Shown here: positions 1-9,130 of the stretch, piece after piece | How the letters are laid out: the number at the start of each line of letters is the position of its first letter | How positions within the stretch are numbered: the stretch's first letter is position 1 | DNA from: a virus | Lineage: Duplodnaviria > Caudoviricetes | Reading direction: 5' to 3' (one strand) | DNA: 58,566 bases | IMG/VR virus record: IMGVR_UViG_3300044648_000159 | Coordinates: 1-58,566 of that record | Position numbers and translations under genes: made by a program | The notes under the pieces: model-generated | The model's database searches: none | The model's input: the letters and a program-made list of their open reading frames with translations, nothing else | What the model was told of the DNA's origin: nothing

Positions 1-127
1 TGTCTCGCGCACCTTTCCGAGCTGGAAGCATGACTCCGGACGGTTGGCCGCTGCCGAAGAGAAGCGAGCGCGCAAGAAGGCTAAGCGGCTGCGCGATATG
101 CGTGGCTACTGATTAGCCCACACGAAC
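1..127. repeat. Terminal direct repeat (copy 1), probably assembly overlap of a circular contig
   Basis: Identical to 58440-58566; 127 nt matches a common assembler k-mer length. Confidence 0.95.
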
Positions 128-148
128 TGAAATGAGTAGGAAATAACA

Positions 149-661
149 ATGAGTAACGTGATTGAAATCGAGCCGCAGGCTGTAGACCTGGATCCAGTGT
201 TCGCCAAGCTGAGCGACGCTCACGGCAAGCTCGCGCGCCGAGCGAATGAATGGAACCGTTGCAAGGACAAATACCTGAAGTTTGTACAGGAAATGATCCT
301 GCTCGGCTGCGAGCTAAGCACCGACTCGGAGTTCGATTTCCATTTTCGAGTGGCAGGCGACAAGCAGAAGTTTCTCCAGCTCGTCCGATGTCATCGCCGG
401 TACGGCTTCAAGCCGGATATGCCAGCCAAGGGCGCCACATCCGCGTTCTGGCGGATCAATGACTATGCCGAGCAACTAGGCATGTACCTGTCGTTCAGTT
501 CGACCGTCTGCCATCGAGTGAAGGTCGGCACAAAGACGGTTGAGCAAGACGTATACGAGACTCGTTGCGAAAGCTTCGTCCCGGATGACGATCCACAGTT
601 ACAGGCCCCGGCATCGCCTGTAGCAGTGTTGACATCGTTCGGCGACGACATCCCCTTCTGA
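149..661 (+). CDS. Hypothetical protein with an SSB-like acidic C-terminal tip (GDDIPF)
   Basis: 170 aa ORF, AGGA RBS, ends LTSFGDDIPF; no OB-fold recognised. Confidence 0.75.
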   Translation: MSNVIEIEPQAVDLDPVFAKLSDAHGKLARRANEWNRCKDKYLKFVQEMILLGCELSTDSEFDFHFRVAGDKQKFLQLVRCHRRYGFKPDMPAKGATSAFWRINDYAEQLGMYLSFSSTVCHRVKVGTKTVEQDVYETRCESFVPDDDPQLQAPASPVAVLTSFGDDIPF

Positions 662-683
662 CCGTCATCGCAGGAGAAAGGAT

Positions 684-1115
684 ATGACGCAGACAATGAT
701 GAAGTGTGGATGCGCGGCGCAAGGTCATCGCGTGATGAAGGACGATAGTCGCATTCCGGCTTGCCTCATCCATGACTGCGTTGAGCCGGCCGTGTCTGCT
801 CCTGATCTCACAGACCGTAAAGCACGCTGCGCCTACTACGGCAAGAGTACCGCTAAGCGCGGCAGCTATGGCGGCGGCAACGAGTGCAACTATGGTCAGA
901 GCAAAGCTCCCATCTGCACCTGCGAGCAGCCGTCCTCTCCGAAGCTTCCGTTCTTCGAGTACTGCGGTGACGGATCCACCGAAGCAAAGAAGTGCAAGTG
1001 CGGCTATTACGAGTCTGCGCACACGCCGGGATCGAGCATCCAATGCAGGAAGTTTGAACCACACGGCTCGCACGAGTTCGACAAGTTCTACTGCGGCTGT
1101 CACGGCTGGGATTAA
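684..1115 (+). CDS. Cys/His-rich hypothetical protein, probable metal binder
   Basis: 143 aa with 14 Cys and several CxC motifs; AGGA RBS. Confidence 0.7.
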   Translation: MTQTMMKCGCAAQGHRVMKDDSRIPACLIHDCVEPAVSAPDLTDRKARCAYYGKSTAKRGSYGGGNECNYGQSKAPICTCEQPSSPKLPFFEYCGDGSTEAKKCKCGYYESAHTPGSSIQCRKFEPHGSHEFDKFYCGCHGWD

Positions 1116-1118
1116 GCC

Positions 1119-1418
1119 ATGGACATCGAAGTTCGAGCAGATTTTCGGAACCGGGGCTTCTGCCTGTTCGTGAACGGCGAAGCGATCGGCCAAGTGTTCA
1201 CAAGTTACAAGCTGCTCGCGATTACCCGCGACTGGCTGAGGTCTGAGGTCGAGCACATGAAGATGTATCCCGACGAGATGAGCAACCGCAGCCCACAGTG
1301 GCTGGAGTTCATGGCGAGCCTGGAAAGCGGCTGGCTGGATCGTGAGCCGCACCAGATCGTCAGCCGTGACTTCGCCTCGGGGGTGGCCGACGAGCCCGCC
1401 AAGGAGATTGCAGCATGA
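1119..1418 (+). CDS. Hypothetical protein
   Basis: 99 aa; tightly packed, ATGA overlap with next gene. Confidence 0.65.
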   Translation: MDIEVRADFRNRGFCLFVNGEAIGQVFTSYKLLAITRDWLRSEVEHMKMYPDEMSNRSPQWLEFMASLESGWLDREPHQIVSRDFASGVADEPAKEIAA

Positions 1419-1750
1419 GCGCCGTACCGAAGTGGCGATCCATCCGCCAGCAAGTGCTCGATGACGCGCGCTGGGGCACGGGTGAGGCTCATCTAGAGCC
1501 GACAGAGGTGCCACAGTGGATCGCCGAGGCTGGTGACGAAGATGTCATAGCGACGCTCAGCGCGGCTCTCACCGAGGTCGAGGGAAAAGACAACGCGAAG
1601 CTGTGCGCCCTCCTCGACCTTCTGTGCGAGCGTGGCGAGGACTTGGCCTTGAGCAAGGTCGATGACCTGCTGGAGATGCTCCGCACGGCGTTGACCAACC
1701 ATTGCATCCGCCAGGCACAAAAGATGGTCGACGCGGAGCTCGTGTCATGA
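1415..1750 (+). CDS. Hypothetical protein
   Basis: 111 aa; ATGA overlaps at both ends. Confidence 0.65.
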   Translation: MSAVPKWRSIRQQVLDDARWGTGEAHLEPTEVPQWIAEAGDEDVIATLSAALTEVEGKDNAKLCALLDLLCERGEDLALSKVDDLLEMLRTALTNHCIRQAQKMVDAELVS

Positions 1751-1839
1751 GCACAGCCGCGAAGATCGGAGTGATTCTAATCCTCCTCGCCGCCGGCGCG
1801 TGGTTCGGCGTAAAGCTTGCTGAGTGGGTGGCGCCATGA
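1747..1839 (+). CDS. Small membrane peptide (30 aa)
   Basis: Hand-translated MSTAAKIGVILILLAAGAWFGVKLAEWVAP; ATGA overlaps on both sides. Confidence 0.55.
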   Translation: MSTAAKIGVILILLAAGAWFGVKLAEWVAP

Positions 1840-2012
1840 ACTTTAGAGCACAAGCAGAAATGTTAGTCCTGTTCCCGAAACGCATTCTGGCGGTCTGGAA
1901 GGACAACACCATGCCGAAGATCGACTGGTCGAAGTACGACAGCCCGCCAGACCAGGTGCGACGAGCAAACGTCGCGAAGTTGAAATTGGACCGTGTGAGG
2001 AAAGGACGATGA
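1836..2012 (+). CDS. Hypothetical protein
   Basis: MNFRAQAEML...; ATGA-coupled to both neighbours. Confidence 0.55.
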   Translation: MNFRAQAEMLVLFPKRILAVWKDNTMPKIDWSKYDSPPDQVRRANVAKLKLDRVRKGR

Positions 2013-3127
2013 GCCTATTTATGAAATCAGAAGCCGGTCATTCGCACTTAAAGGCGGGCCTGTTGGGTCTCGCCGGCTCAGGCAAGACCTACACCGCCAG
2101 CTCGATTGCTGTCGGTCTCGTTGGCTACATGCAAGAACGCGGTGTCTCGGCAAAGAAGCAGGTAGCGTTCGTTGATACAGAAAACGGCGCGGCCTGGGTC
2201 ACACCTCGCTTCAAGAAGGCAGGCATCGAGCTGATGGTCGCCCGAACTCGTGCGCTCACCGACCTCCGAGACGCCATTCGCTGGTCTGTTGACAACGCCG
2301 ACGTGCTGATCATCGACTCCATCACCCACTTCTGGACAATCTTTTGCGACGAGTACGCGGTTCGGAAGAATCGCAAGCGCGGGCTGGAGTTCTCTGACTG
2401 GAATCTGGTCAAGCGTGAGTGGCGCGAGAACTTCACCGACCTGTACCTCAACACCCCGCTGCACATCATCATGTGTGGCCGTCAGGGCTACGAGTATGAC
2501 ATGCAGGTCAACGATGCCGGCAAGAAGGAGCTCGTCAAGACTGGTGTGAAGATGAAGGCGGAGGGTGAAACTGGCTTCGAGCCATCCCTACTCGTCCAAA
2601 TGGAGCAAGAGCAGCTTCTTAAGGATGGGTCCGTCACTGGTGTGGAGCGCATCGCATACGTGCTCAAGGACCGTTCTACGTTCCTGGATGGCAAGACGTT
2701 GCGAGACCCGACATTCGCAGACTTCCTGCCGCACATCTCCGCTCTCGACATCGGCGGAGTCGGCGTTTCCGTCAACACCAACCGCAACAACGGTACGTTA
2801 TTCAGCCAAGACGGTAACGACACCGAGTGGAAACACCGCGAGACACAACGTGAGATCGCGCTTGAGGAGATCCAGGCTGAGATCGACAAGATGTTCCCAG
2901 GACAGAGTGCCGACGTTAAGGCCGCTCGTGGGGCGTATGTTGAAGAGATCTTCCAGACTCGGTCGAAGACCGCCATCGAGCGGAAGTCCTTGGATGAGCT
3001 TGTCGAAGCGCGAAACAAGGTTTGGATGAAGTCTCGTGGCCACGAATATGGCGTCCAACCACCGCCAATCGAATTGAAGCTTGAGGTTGAAGTGCCGATC
3101 GAAGCGCCGAAGGAGAACGCGGCGTGA
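2009..3127 (+). CDS. Sak4-like / AAA_24 recombination ATPase
   Basis: Walker [13 protein letters not shown], Walker [11 protein letters not shown]; adjacent to SSB. Confidence 0.8.
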   Translation: MSLFMKSEAGHSHLKAGLLGLAGSGKTYTASSIAVGLVGYMQERGVSAKKQVAFVDTENGAAWVTPRFKKAGIELMVARTRALTDLRDAIRWSVDNADVLIIDSITHFWTIFCDEYAVRKNRKRGLEFSDWNLVKREWRENFTDLYLNTPLHIIMCGRQGYEYDMQVNDAGKKELVKTGVKMKAEGETGFEPSLLVQMEQEQLLKDGSVTGVERIAYVLKDRSTFLDGKTLRDPTFADFLPHISALDIGGVGVSVNTNRNNGTLFSQDGNDTEWKHRETQREIALEEIQAEIDKMFPGQSADVKAARGAYVEEIFQTRSKTAIERKSLDELVEARNKVWMKSRGHEYGVQPPPIELKLEVEVPIEAPKENAA

Positions 3128-3546
3128 GCGGCCTCAACAAAGTTCAGATCATCGGCCACCTCGGCGCGGATCCCGACACGCGCTACATGCCGAGCGGCAA
3201 GCCGGTGACAAACATCCGCGTGGCCACGTCCGAAACCTGGAAGGACAAAGAGAGCGGTGATCGCAAGGAGAAGACTGAGTGGCACTCAATCGTCTTCTTC
3301 GACAAGTTGGCTGAGATCGCCGCCGAGTACTTGCGCAAAGGGTCGCAGGTGTATGTCGAGGGCAAGCTGCAAACGCGGAAGTGGCAGGACAAGGAAGGCA
3401 AGGACCGCTACACCACCGAGATCATCGCGCAGCAGATGCAGATGCTTGGCGGCAAGCCGCAGGGGGAACGCCCGGCGAAGTCGCAGCAGGAACGGTCAGT
3501 GCCGCCTGCTGATGATGGTGGCTTCGACGACGACATACCGTTCTGA
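3124..3546 (+). CDS. ssb: Single-stranded DNA-binding protein
   Basis: [36 protein letters not shown]-terminal FDDDIPF. Confidence 0.97.
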   Translation: MSGLNKVQIIGHLGADPDTRYMPSGKPVTNIRVATSETWKDKESGDRKEKTEWHSIVFFDKLAEIAAEYLRKGSQVYVEGKLQTRKWQDKEGKDRYTTEIIAQQMQMLGGKPQGERPAKSQQERSVPPADDGGFDDDIPF

Positions 3547-3554
3547 GACCGACC

Positions 3555-4241
3555 ATGAACGACGAAACACAAGGCGTTATCCGCGCAACCCGCGGTCCCA
3601 TCCTCAAGGAATACGAGGATGGGTCACTCGCGGTTCGCGTCCTGATCGCGCCGCCCGACAAGCAGACGTTTATGAAACTTCTGCCGGATGTGAACCTGCC
3701 GATATTCATCGCCGCTGAAACGATGGATAGCGCGCAGCGTGGGCTGCAAGAGGAAACGATTCAGACGTTCGGCGAACACGCTCAGACGCTGATGCTCCAT
3801 TCCGACTGGATGGGTAACCCGAAGGTGTGGGAGCAGATCGGCACGGACGACGACTATCTCAAGTGGTGCCGGGAACAGAAGTGCGCCCACTGCAGCAAAG
3901 CCCCGAGGTGGGAGATGGATACCTTCATTCAAAGTGAAGCGGCGCATGTGCGCAGAGTAGCGAACGGCGCGGGAACCGCGATCAAACCGCCCTACTCGGC
4001 TATCCCTCTCTGCAGTGGGTGCCACAGAGATCAGCACCAGCGAGGTGAAGACGCGATCGGTGGCAAGGACAAGCTCGACAGGATGCGCCTGGCTCACGTC
4101 AAGCAGTGGGCATGGGAAACCATGCGAGAAATATTCGATGTTGAATCGATGCGTGAGGCGAACCCGACCGACGTTCTGGCTTGGGCAAAGTCACACGGCA
4201 TCGAGCGATATCTACCAAGTGGATATAGGGACGCGGCGTAA
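3555..4241 (+). CDS. DUF968-like putative HNH-type nuclease
   Basis: YLKWCREQKCAHC...AAHVR...GTAIKP...IPLCSGCHRDQH motif. Confidence 0.7.
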   Translation: MNDETQGVIRATRGPILKEYEDGSLAVRVLIAPPDKQTFMKLLPDVNLPIFIAAETMDSAQRGLQEETIQTFGEHAQTLMLHSDWMGNPKVWEQIGTDDDYLKWCREQKCAHCSKAPRWEMDTFIQSEAAHVRRVANGAGTAIKPPYSAIPLCSGCHRDQHQRGEDAIGGKDKLDRMRLAHVKQWAWETMREIFDVESMREANPTDVLAWAKSHGIERYLPSGYRDAA

Positions 4242-4364
4242 GATCGACGATGTCCGGTTTTTCCACCGAGCATACAAAAATGCAATCAACAACAAATAAT
4301 TACAATTATTCTAATGCTGTGTTTCCCGCTGTGACGTTCTCATGCTCAGCGCAAAGTTGCGCGC

Positions 4365-5192
4365 ATGAACACAGCAACACCGGCCGTCACCGTCAACGAC
4401 ATCCTGGACCGATTCGAATCGGAGTACATCCCTTACGAGCTCAGCCCGCGTACCGCCCGGGACTACGCCAGGCATGTGCGCGACCTGCGCAGATGGTTTG
4501 GCGAGCGGATAGCGGACGAGATGAGGCCGCGGGACTTCGCGCAGTTCATGAATGTGCGCAAGGGGCGTATCCAGCGGAACAAGCAACTGGCCGTTCTCTC
4601 GTGCGCCTTTCAGCAGGCAGTTTCCTGTTGGTTCATCGTAGACCGCAATCCCTGCAGAGATGTGAAGCGGCATCGCTCACGTCCGCGCGATCGATACATC
4701 ACAGAAGCCGAATTCAGGAGCTTTCAGGTGATGGTGCCGAAGCGCATGAAGATCGCCATGGAGCTGTCTCTGCTCACTGGCCAGCGTCAAGGCGACGTGC
4801 TGTCGCTGAGGTGGTCGCAGGTCGATCGTACTGCAGGCTGCATCCAGATTCAGCAGGGCAAGACCGGCAAGCGTCTCGAAATTGGGATCTCGCCAGCGCT
4901 GTCGGACGTGCTCGATCAGTGCGTCGATATGGCGCCTCCTGGCGAGTACGTCATTCGTCGGAGAGACGGAGAGCGCTACACGTCCGATGGCTTCCGAGCT
5001 ATCTGGCAAAGACACCAACGACGCTGGGCTGCGCTAGGGAACACCAGGTTTAGCTACCATGATATTCGCGCGAAATCAGCTAGCGAATGCAAGACGGTCG
5101 AGGAAGCAATGTTGCTTCTTGGCCACGCAAGCATCGGCATCACGCGCCGAATTTATGACCGCGGAGTGCGTCGAGTTCAACCGCTCAGATAG
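4365..5192 (+). CDS. Tyrosine recombinase lacking an arm-binding domain
   Basis: TGQR, QGKTG, HDIR, LLGH and RIYDR catalytic motifs; only 275 aa. Confidence 0.9.
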   Translation: MNTATPAVTVNDILDRFESEYIPYELSPRTARDYARHVRDLRRWFGERIADEMRPRDFAQFMNVRKGRIQRNKQLAVLSCAFQQAVSCWFIVDRNPCRDVKRHRSRPRDRYITEAEFRSFQVMVPKRMKIAMELSLLTGQRQGDVLSLRWSQVDRTAGCIQIQQGKTGKRLEIGISPALSDVLDQCVDMAPPGEYVIRRRDGERYTSDGFRAIWQRHQRRWAALGNTRFSYHDIRAKSASECKTVEEAMLLLGHASIGITRRIYDRGVRRVQPLR

Positions 5193-5575
5193 AGCCGTCC
5201 GAAGCACGATAGTAAGTGAGGTCTCGGGGCACCAGCGCTTCAGGAACGCCCCGTCCATGAGGAGTCATGCCCTCATGGGTGATTGTTTCCAAATACCGGG
5301 TTCAGGTGTGGCAATTCCTTCCCGGACCGTGATCGCCGAAAGGCTATCGAGCATGCGGGGAAAACCGAGTACCCAGATTGGATGATTAGGATAGATCACG
5401 GGGAAAGGCCCTTCGACATTCTTCCGAGAGACCATCGCAGCGATTTGGCAATGAGCATGAACAAAAGAAACCGAGACCGATTGTTAAAACTCGCCGTGCG
5501 CTTGGATCGTTGGGCGCTGCGGATCAGAAGGTATTGCCGTGACAACACGCCAAAGCGCCCGCGCAAGGCGGCTGT

Positions 5576-5749
5576 ATGAGTGCCCTCCTCGCTCAAGAAT
5601 TGGAGAACCGCTTTATGCAGCTGCCGGCGACTCAACGAAAAGATCCACGCTCTCTGATTCGGATCGCGGTCGAACTGACTCGCGACCTGATGAAAGACAG
5701 CCCGGAAAGTGTCGACGAGTTTCTGAGTTTTCTCCGAGGCGTGAACTGA
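5576..5749 (+). CDS. Hypothetical protein (57 aa)
   Basis: Hand-translated MSALLAQELENRFMQLP...; ATGA overlap with upstream ORF. Confidence 0.5.
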   Translation: MSALLAQELENRFMQLPATQRKDPRSLIRIAVELTRDLMKDSPESVDEFLSFLRGVN

Positions 5750-5782
5750 TGGACTCGCGCACACCCGATTACAGGAGCAAAA

Positions 5783-5962
5783 ATGAAAGGCGCTGATTGG
5801 ATTCTAGTTTGGGCGTGGGTGGCATTCCTGCTGCTTATAGGCCCGCTTCTTTTCTCGGCACGAGACAGCCTGATGGTCTTCGTCGGCTTCTCAATCTTCG
5901 TGGCGCTCGCGTACCTCACGCAGCGTCGAGTGGTTCCAATAATCAAGGAGAAAATCAAGTGA
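5783..5962 (+). CDS. Small two-TM membrane protein
   Basis: Hand-translated MKGADWILVWAWVAFLLLIGPLLF...; AGGAG RBS; GTGA overlap with SPFH gene. Confidence 0.6.
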   Translation: MKGADWILVWAWVAFLLLIGPLLFSARDSLMVFVGFSIFVALAYLTQRRVVPIIKEKIK

Positions 5963-6813
5963 AGCGCATCCTGATCCTGTTTCCCATCCTGCTGCTGGCA
6001 GCAGCGTGCTCAAAGGTTCCTGTCGGCAACGTTGGCGTCAAAGCGTACCTTCTTGGCGGATCGAAGGGCGTCGATACCGAGGAGCTTTCGCCTGGCCGGT
6101 ATTGGATCGGCGTGAACGAGGAACTGTTCCTGTTCCCGACCTTCACACAGACCTACGTGTGGACCAAAGAGCCCGTTGACGGCGACGCCACGGACGAATC
6201 CCTAACTTTCCAGAGTATCGAGGGGATGAACGTCAATGCAGACGTCGGCATCACCTATGCGGTCAATCCATCGAAGGTCACAACGCTCTTCGAGAAGTAT
6301 CGCCGGGGCATCGACGAAATCACGGACCTGTACCTGCGGAACATCGTGAAGGATGCGTTTGTCGCAGAGGCCGGAAAGCTGCCCATTGAGACGGTCTACA
6401 AGTCAAAGGAAAAGCTTCTGCTGGACGTTGAAGCGCGCGTTGAGAAGCAGGTCGAGCCGCTAGGGATCAACGTCGAGAAGTTGTACTGGGCCGGTGGGTT
6501 TCGCCTGCCGCCGCAGGTAACGAACGCGATCAATGCCAGCATCGAAGCGACACAGACCGCCATTCGCATTCAGAACGAGGTGGCGCAGACCAAGGCAGAA
6601 GCCGAAAAGACGATCGCCAAGGCCCAAGGTGCGGCGGAGTCGGTTCGTCTGGCTGCGCAAGCAGAAGCCGACGCCATCAGCATCAAGGGCAAGGCGCTGC
6701 GAGAAAATCCAGCCACCATCGAGCTGTCGGCTATCGAGAAGTGGAACGGTGTTCTTCCCACCATCACCGGCACCGCTGCTGTGCCGTTCGTGACGGTCCC
6801 GCAAGGAAAGTGA
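5959..6813 (+). CDS. SPFH/prohibitin (band 7) family lipoprotein
   Basis: GTG start after AAGGAG; lipobox LAAAC; SPFH-like core; Ala/Glu-rich coiled coil; IEKWNGVLP motif. Confidence 0.88.
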   Translation: MKRILILFPILLLAAACSKVPVGNVGVKAYLLGGSKGVDTEELSPGRYWIGVNEELFLFPTFTQTYVWTKEPVDGDATDESLTFQSIEGMNVNADVGITYAVNPSKVTTLFEKYRRGIDEITDLYLRNIVKDAFVAEAGKLPIETVYKSKEKLLLDVEARVEKQVEPLGINVEKLYWAGGFRLPPQVTNAINASIEATQTAIRIQNEVAQTKAEAEKTIAKAQGAAESVRLAAQAEADAISIKGKALRENPATIELSAIEKWNGVLPTITGTAAVPFVTVPQGK

Positions 6814-6815
6814 CA

Positions 6816-7079
6816 ATGGACCCGCTCACTTCTGAGGGCCGAAGCAAGTTCCGACTGCAATTCGGCGCATTCGCTCCAAAACTGCGCGAGCAGATCATCG
6901 CTGCCGGCTTCGAACTCAAAGAGCCCGTCGTGAAGTCCAGCCTGTACCTAACGCATCTGCAGGCTGATGCCGATGCTGTGGCCCGCCTTCGCATTCGAGC
7001 ACGCATCACCGAGGCACAGGCTAGAGCGGCTGAAAGGAAGATTGTCAAAGAGATCGGACAACTGTTGGTGATCCCATGA
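6816..7079 (+). CDS. Hypothetical protein
   Basis: MDPLTSEGRSKF...; 2 bp after SPFH stop. Confidence 0.55.
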   Translation: MDPLTSEGRSKFRLQFGAFAPKLREQIIAAGFELKEPVVKSSLYLTHLQADADAVARLRIRARITEAQARAAERKIVKEIGQLLVIP

Positions 7080-7318
7080 ACGAGCAAGTCTCCTCGGACT
7101 CCTTGAGTACTCTCAAGGCGCGCGCCGAATTGGCACTACAGCTCGGCAAGGGCGCTGTTGTCGATGCCTCTATGGCGCTCGCCCTCGTCGAGTGCGCAGA
7201 GGTACTGAAGGACATAGACGACAACCGCAGAATCATGGCTTCTGGCGGCTGCGAGTGCAGCGACTGCCAGACGGCTCGTCGCATGGAATCCGCGATCGCG
7301 AAGCTGGAGGCCCTGTGA
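7076..7318 (+). CDS. Hypothetical protein
   Basis: 80 aa, CxCxxC; coupled overlaps. Confidence 0.55.
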   Translation: MNEQVSSDSLSTLKARAELALQLGKGAVVDASMALALVECAEVLKDIDDNRRIMASGGCECSDCQTARRMESAIAKLEAL

Positions 7319-7974
7319 CTCAGCCCACCAAAGAGGATCAGGTCGTCTATCGGGCGACTTCGAAAGCCTACCCTCATTCGCATGTTCACTTCGGTGACTA
7401 CGCGGCGGCGAGAGCATGGGCTGGTGATGACGGTTCAGTGGACCCCGTGTCGCTGCGATCGTATGCGAGTCTGCGAACCGTAGAGCAAGCGCCATCGAAA
7501 GAACGGGTCGCGGAGCTGCTGGAGTTTTGGTCTGAGCAGCTTGAAGTATCCATGCGTATGGATGGTGCACGCCACATGCGTGGCGATGCCATGCGCGACA
7601 CGATCACTGTACTCAGGCAGCTGCAGTCATCTCCCGAACCGGCATGTGAGTGCCCGCCACCAGGAACCAGCAGCAGCAGCGTGTCGCCGTTCTGCCGCGT
7701 CCATGCTGTGCGGGCCTGTCGTTACAGCATCGAACCGCACGGCGATGGTCATGCGCTATATCGAGATCGCAGCAGCCAGTTCCACGGCTTCAACCTCGCG
7801 TATATCACTGAGGCCGAGCCGGAGGCGTTGCACCTGATCGAGCGCGCACTGAACGCAGGAGCATCGCAACCGCCAGGACTGCGACATACCTGCACGATCT
7901 GCGGCGGCGATGTCGATCTATCGAACGCGGCCAAGCCTACGACTCAGGTTGGCCCAGGCGGGAAACGGCCATGA
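7315..7974 (+). CDS. Mosaic hypothetical protein
   Basis: GTG start overlapping the previous stop; modules joined by SSPEP/SQPP linkers. Confidence 0.55.
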   Translation: MTQPTKEDQVVYRATSKAYPHSHVHFGDYAAARAWAGDDGSVDPVSLRSYASLRTVEQAPSKERVAELLEFWSEQLEVSMRMDGARHMRGDAMRDTITVLRQLQSSPEPACECPPPGTSSSSVSPFCRVHAVRACRYSIEPHGDGHALYRDRSSQFHGFNLAYITEAEPEALHLIERALNAGASQPPGLRHTCTICGGDVDLSNAAKPTTQVGPGGKRP

Positions 7975-8150
7975 TTGCAGTTGAAGAAGATGGCGATGAG
8001 ATATTCACGCCGATGCCGAAGGAGTGCCACGGCTGGCCGGCCAGGCACGAGCCCGCGCCTGTCGTGCCAATGAATGGCTTCATGCGATGCGAACATTGCA
8101 AGGCGAGTTATGGGCCAGCCCCATCAACTCTAACGAAGGGAGAAGGCTGA
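7971..8150 (+). CDS. Hypothetical protein (59 aa)
   Basis: Hand-translated MIAVEEDGDEIF...CEHCK; coupled overlaps. Confidence 0.5.
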   Translation: MIAVEEDGDEIFTPMPKECHGWPARHEPAPVVPMNGFMRCEHCKASYGPAPSTLTKGEG

Positions 8151-8320
8151 TGCAGCAGTGCAATCCACCCTGCCCGCCGCATCTTTGCGAGCAATGGTTT
8201 CATCACGGCATGTGCGCGCTGGAGCCATGCCCGATCTGCGGCCGGAAGGCATGCCGAGGCCACTATCCTGGCGATGGCGACCCGCGCGACGGAAGCGGCC
8301 GAGCTTCGCAGGGAGAGTGA
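8150..8320 (+). CDS. Small Cys-rich protein
   Basis: MQQCNPPCPPHLC...CPICG; TGATG overlap. Confidence 0.45.
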   Translation: MQQCNPPCPPHLCEQWFHHGMCALEPCPICGRKACRGHYPGDGDPRDGSGRASQGE

Positions 8321-8679
8321 TCGTGTACAAAAGAAAACATCCCGAACGATTCGATGCTTGGTGGCGACCACTCACCCGTCAGGGTGACCCGTCGCACCGA
8401 TACGACCTCGTTGGTGAGGCGTTCGACGCTGGCTACGAGGCCGGCAAGAGCGCCGCCCTGCTGACGCTCGGTCGAAAGCTTATCGAGCAGTATGAGCCCA
8501 CTCCGGAAACGCCAGTGACTCGCTGCTCGTGCAAAGACTTTCCCGGCGCTGACGAGTTCTGCACGGCTACTGCTCACAAAGCGCCGAAAACGCCGCCTGA
8601 GCATGTATGCGGCTTGCAAGGCTTTGGAGCGCCAGGTGACATTTGCCCGGCATGTTCGACAGCGAACCGGAGAGTGTGA
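8317..8679 (+). CDS. Mosaic hypothetical protein
   Basis: GTG start after GGGAG; TPETP/PKTPPE linkers and Cys modules. Confidence 0.5.
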   Translation: MIVYKRKHPERFDAWWRPLTRQGDPSHRYDLVGEAFDAGYEAGKSAALLTLGRKLIEQYEPTPETPVTRCSCKDFPGADEFCTATAHKAPKTPPEHVCGLQGFGAPGDICPACSTANRRV

Positions 8680-8936
8680 TGCCGCTATTGCCTGGAACGC
8701 GCTGGGACTACGTTCATAACGAGGACCCAAAGTGTCCTCACTGCGATCATTGGTGCGATATCAGCAAGAATGAGTGGTGGCATCTCTTCGATAACGACTG
8801 CAATGACCACGACGTGACGTGCCCGAGCTGCGAGAAGGAATTCACCGTGCACGTGCATTGCAAGTTCACGTTCAGCACTGATGACCAGCCCGAGCCTGAA
8901 GACTCAGCCGCGAGAACCGGAGCAGACCATGCGTAG
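8679..8936 (+). CDS. Zinc-ribbon protein
   Basis: CPHC...CPSCEKEF motifs. Confidence 0.65.
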   Translation: MPLLPGTRWDYVHNEDPKCPHCDHWCDISKNEWWHLFDNDCNDHDVTCPSCEKEFTVHVHCKFTFSTDDQPEPEDSAARTGADHA

Positions 8937-9123
8937 CGCATACGACGACTGGAAGCTTGCGACTCCGCCTGAGCACGAAGGCGCGAACGAGGTCGAGTGT
9001 CCGGACTGTAAAGGATTCGGAATGATCTGCGTCGGGACGAGCGGCCAGGACTGCGACGGCAATGCTCCAATTCTTGAGCAGTGTGAAACGTGCGACAGCA
9101 GTGGAACAGTTCTGCGTCGATGA
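8929..9123 (+). CDS. DnaJ-like zinc-finger small protein
   Basis: CPDCKGFG...CETCDSSG. Confidence 0.65.
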   Translation: MRSAYDDWKLATPPEHEGANEVECPDCKGFGMICVGTSGQDCDGNAPILEQCETCDSSGTVLRR

Positions 9124-9130
9124 GTGAGGC

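Noticed and set aside
1-127. Biological terminal repeat
   Set aside because: Length equals a typical assembly k-mer, it falls mid-gene, and HNH plus P27-type terS suggests cos packaging
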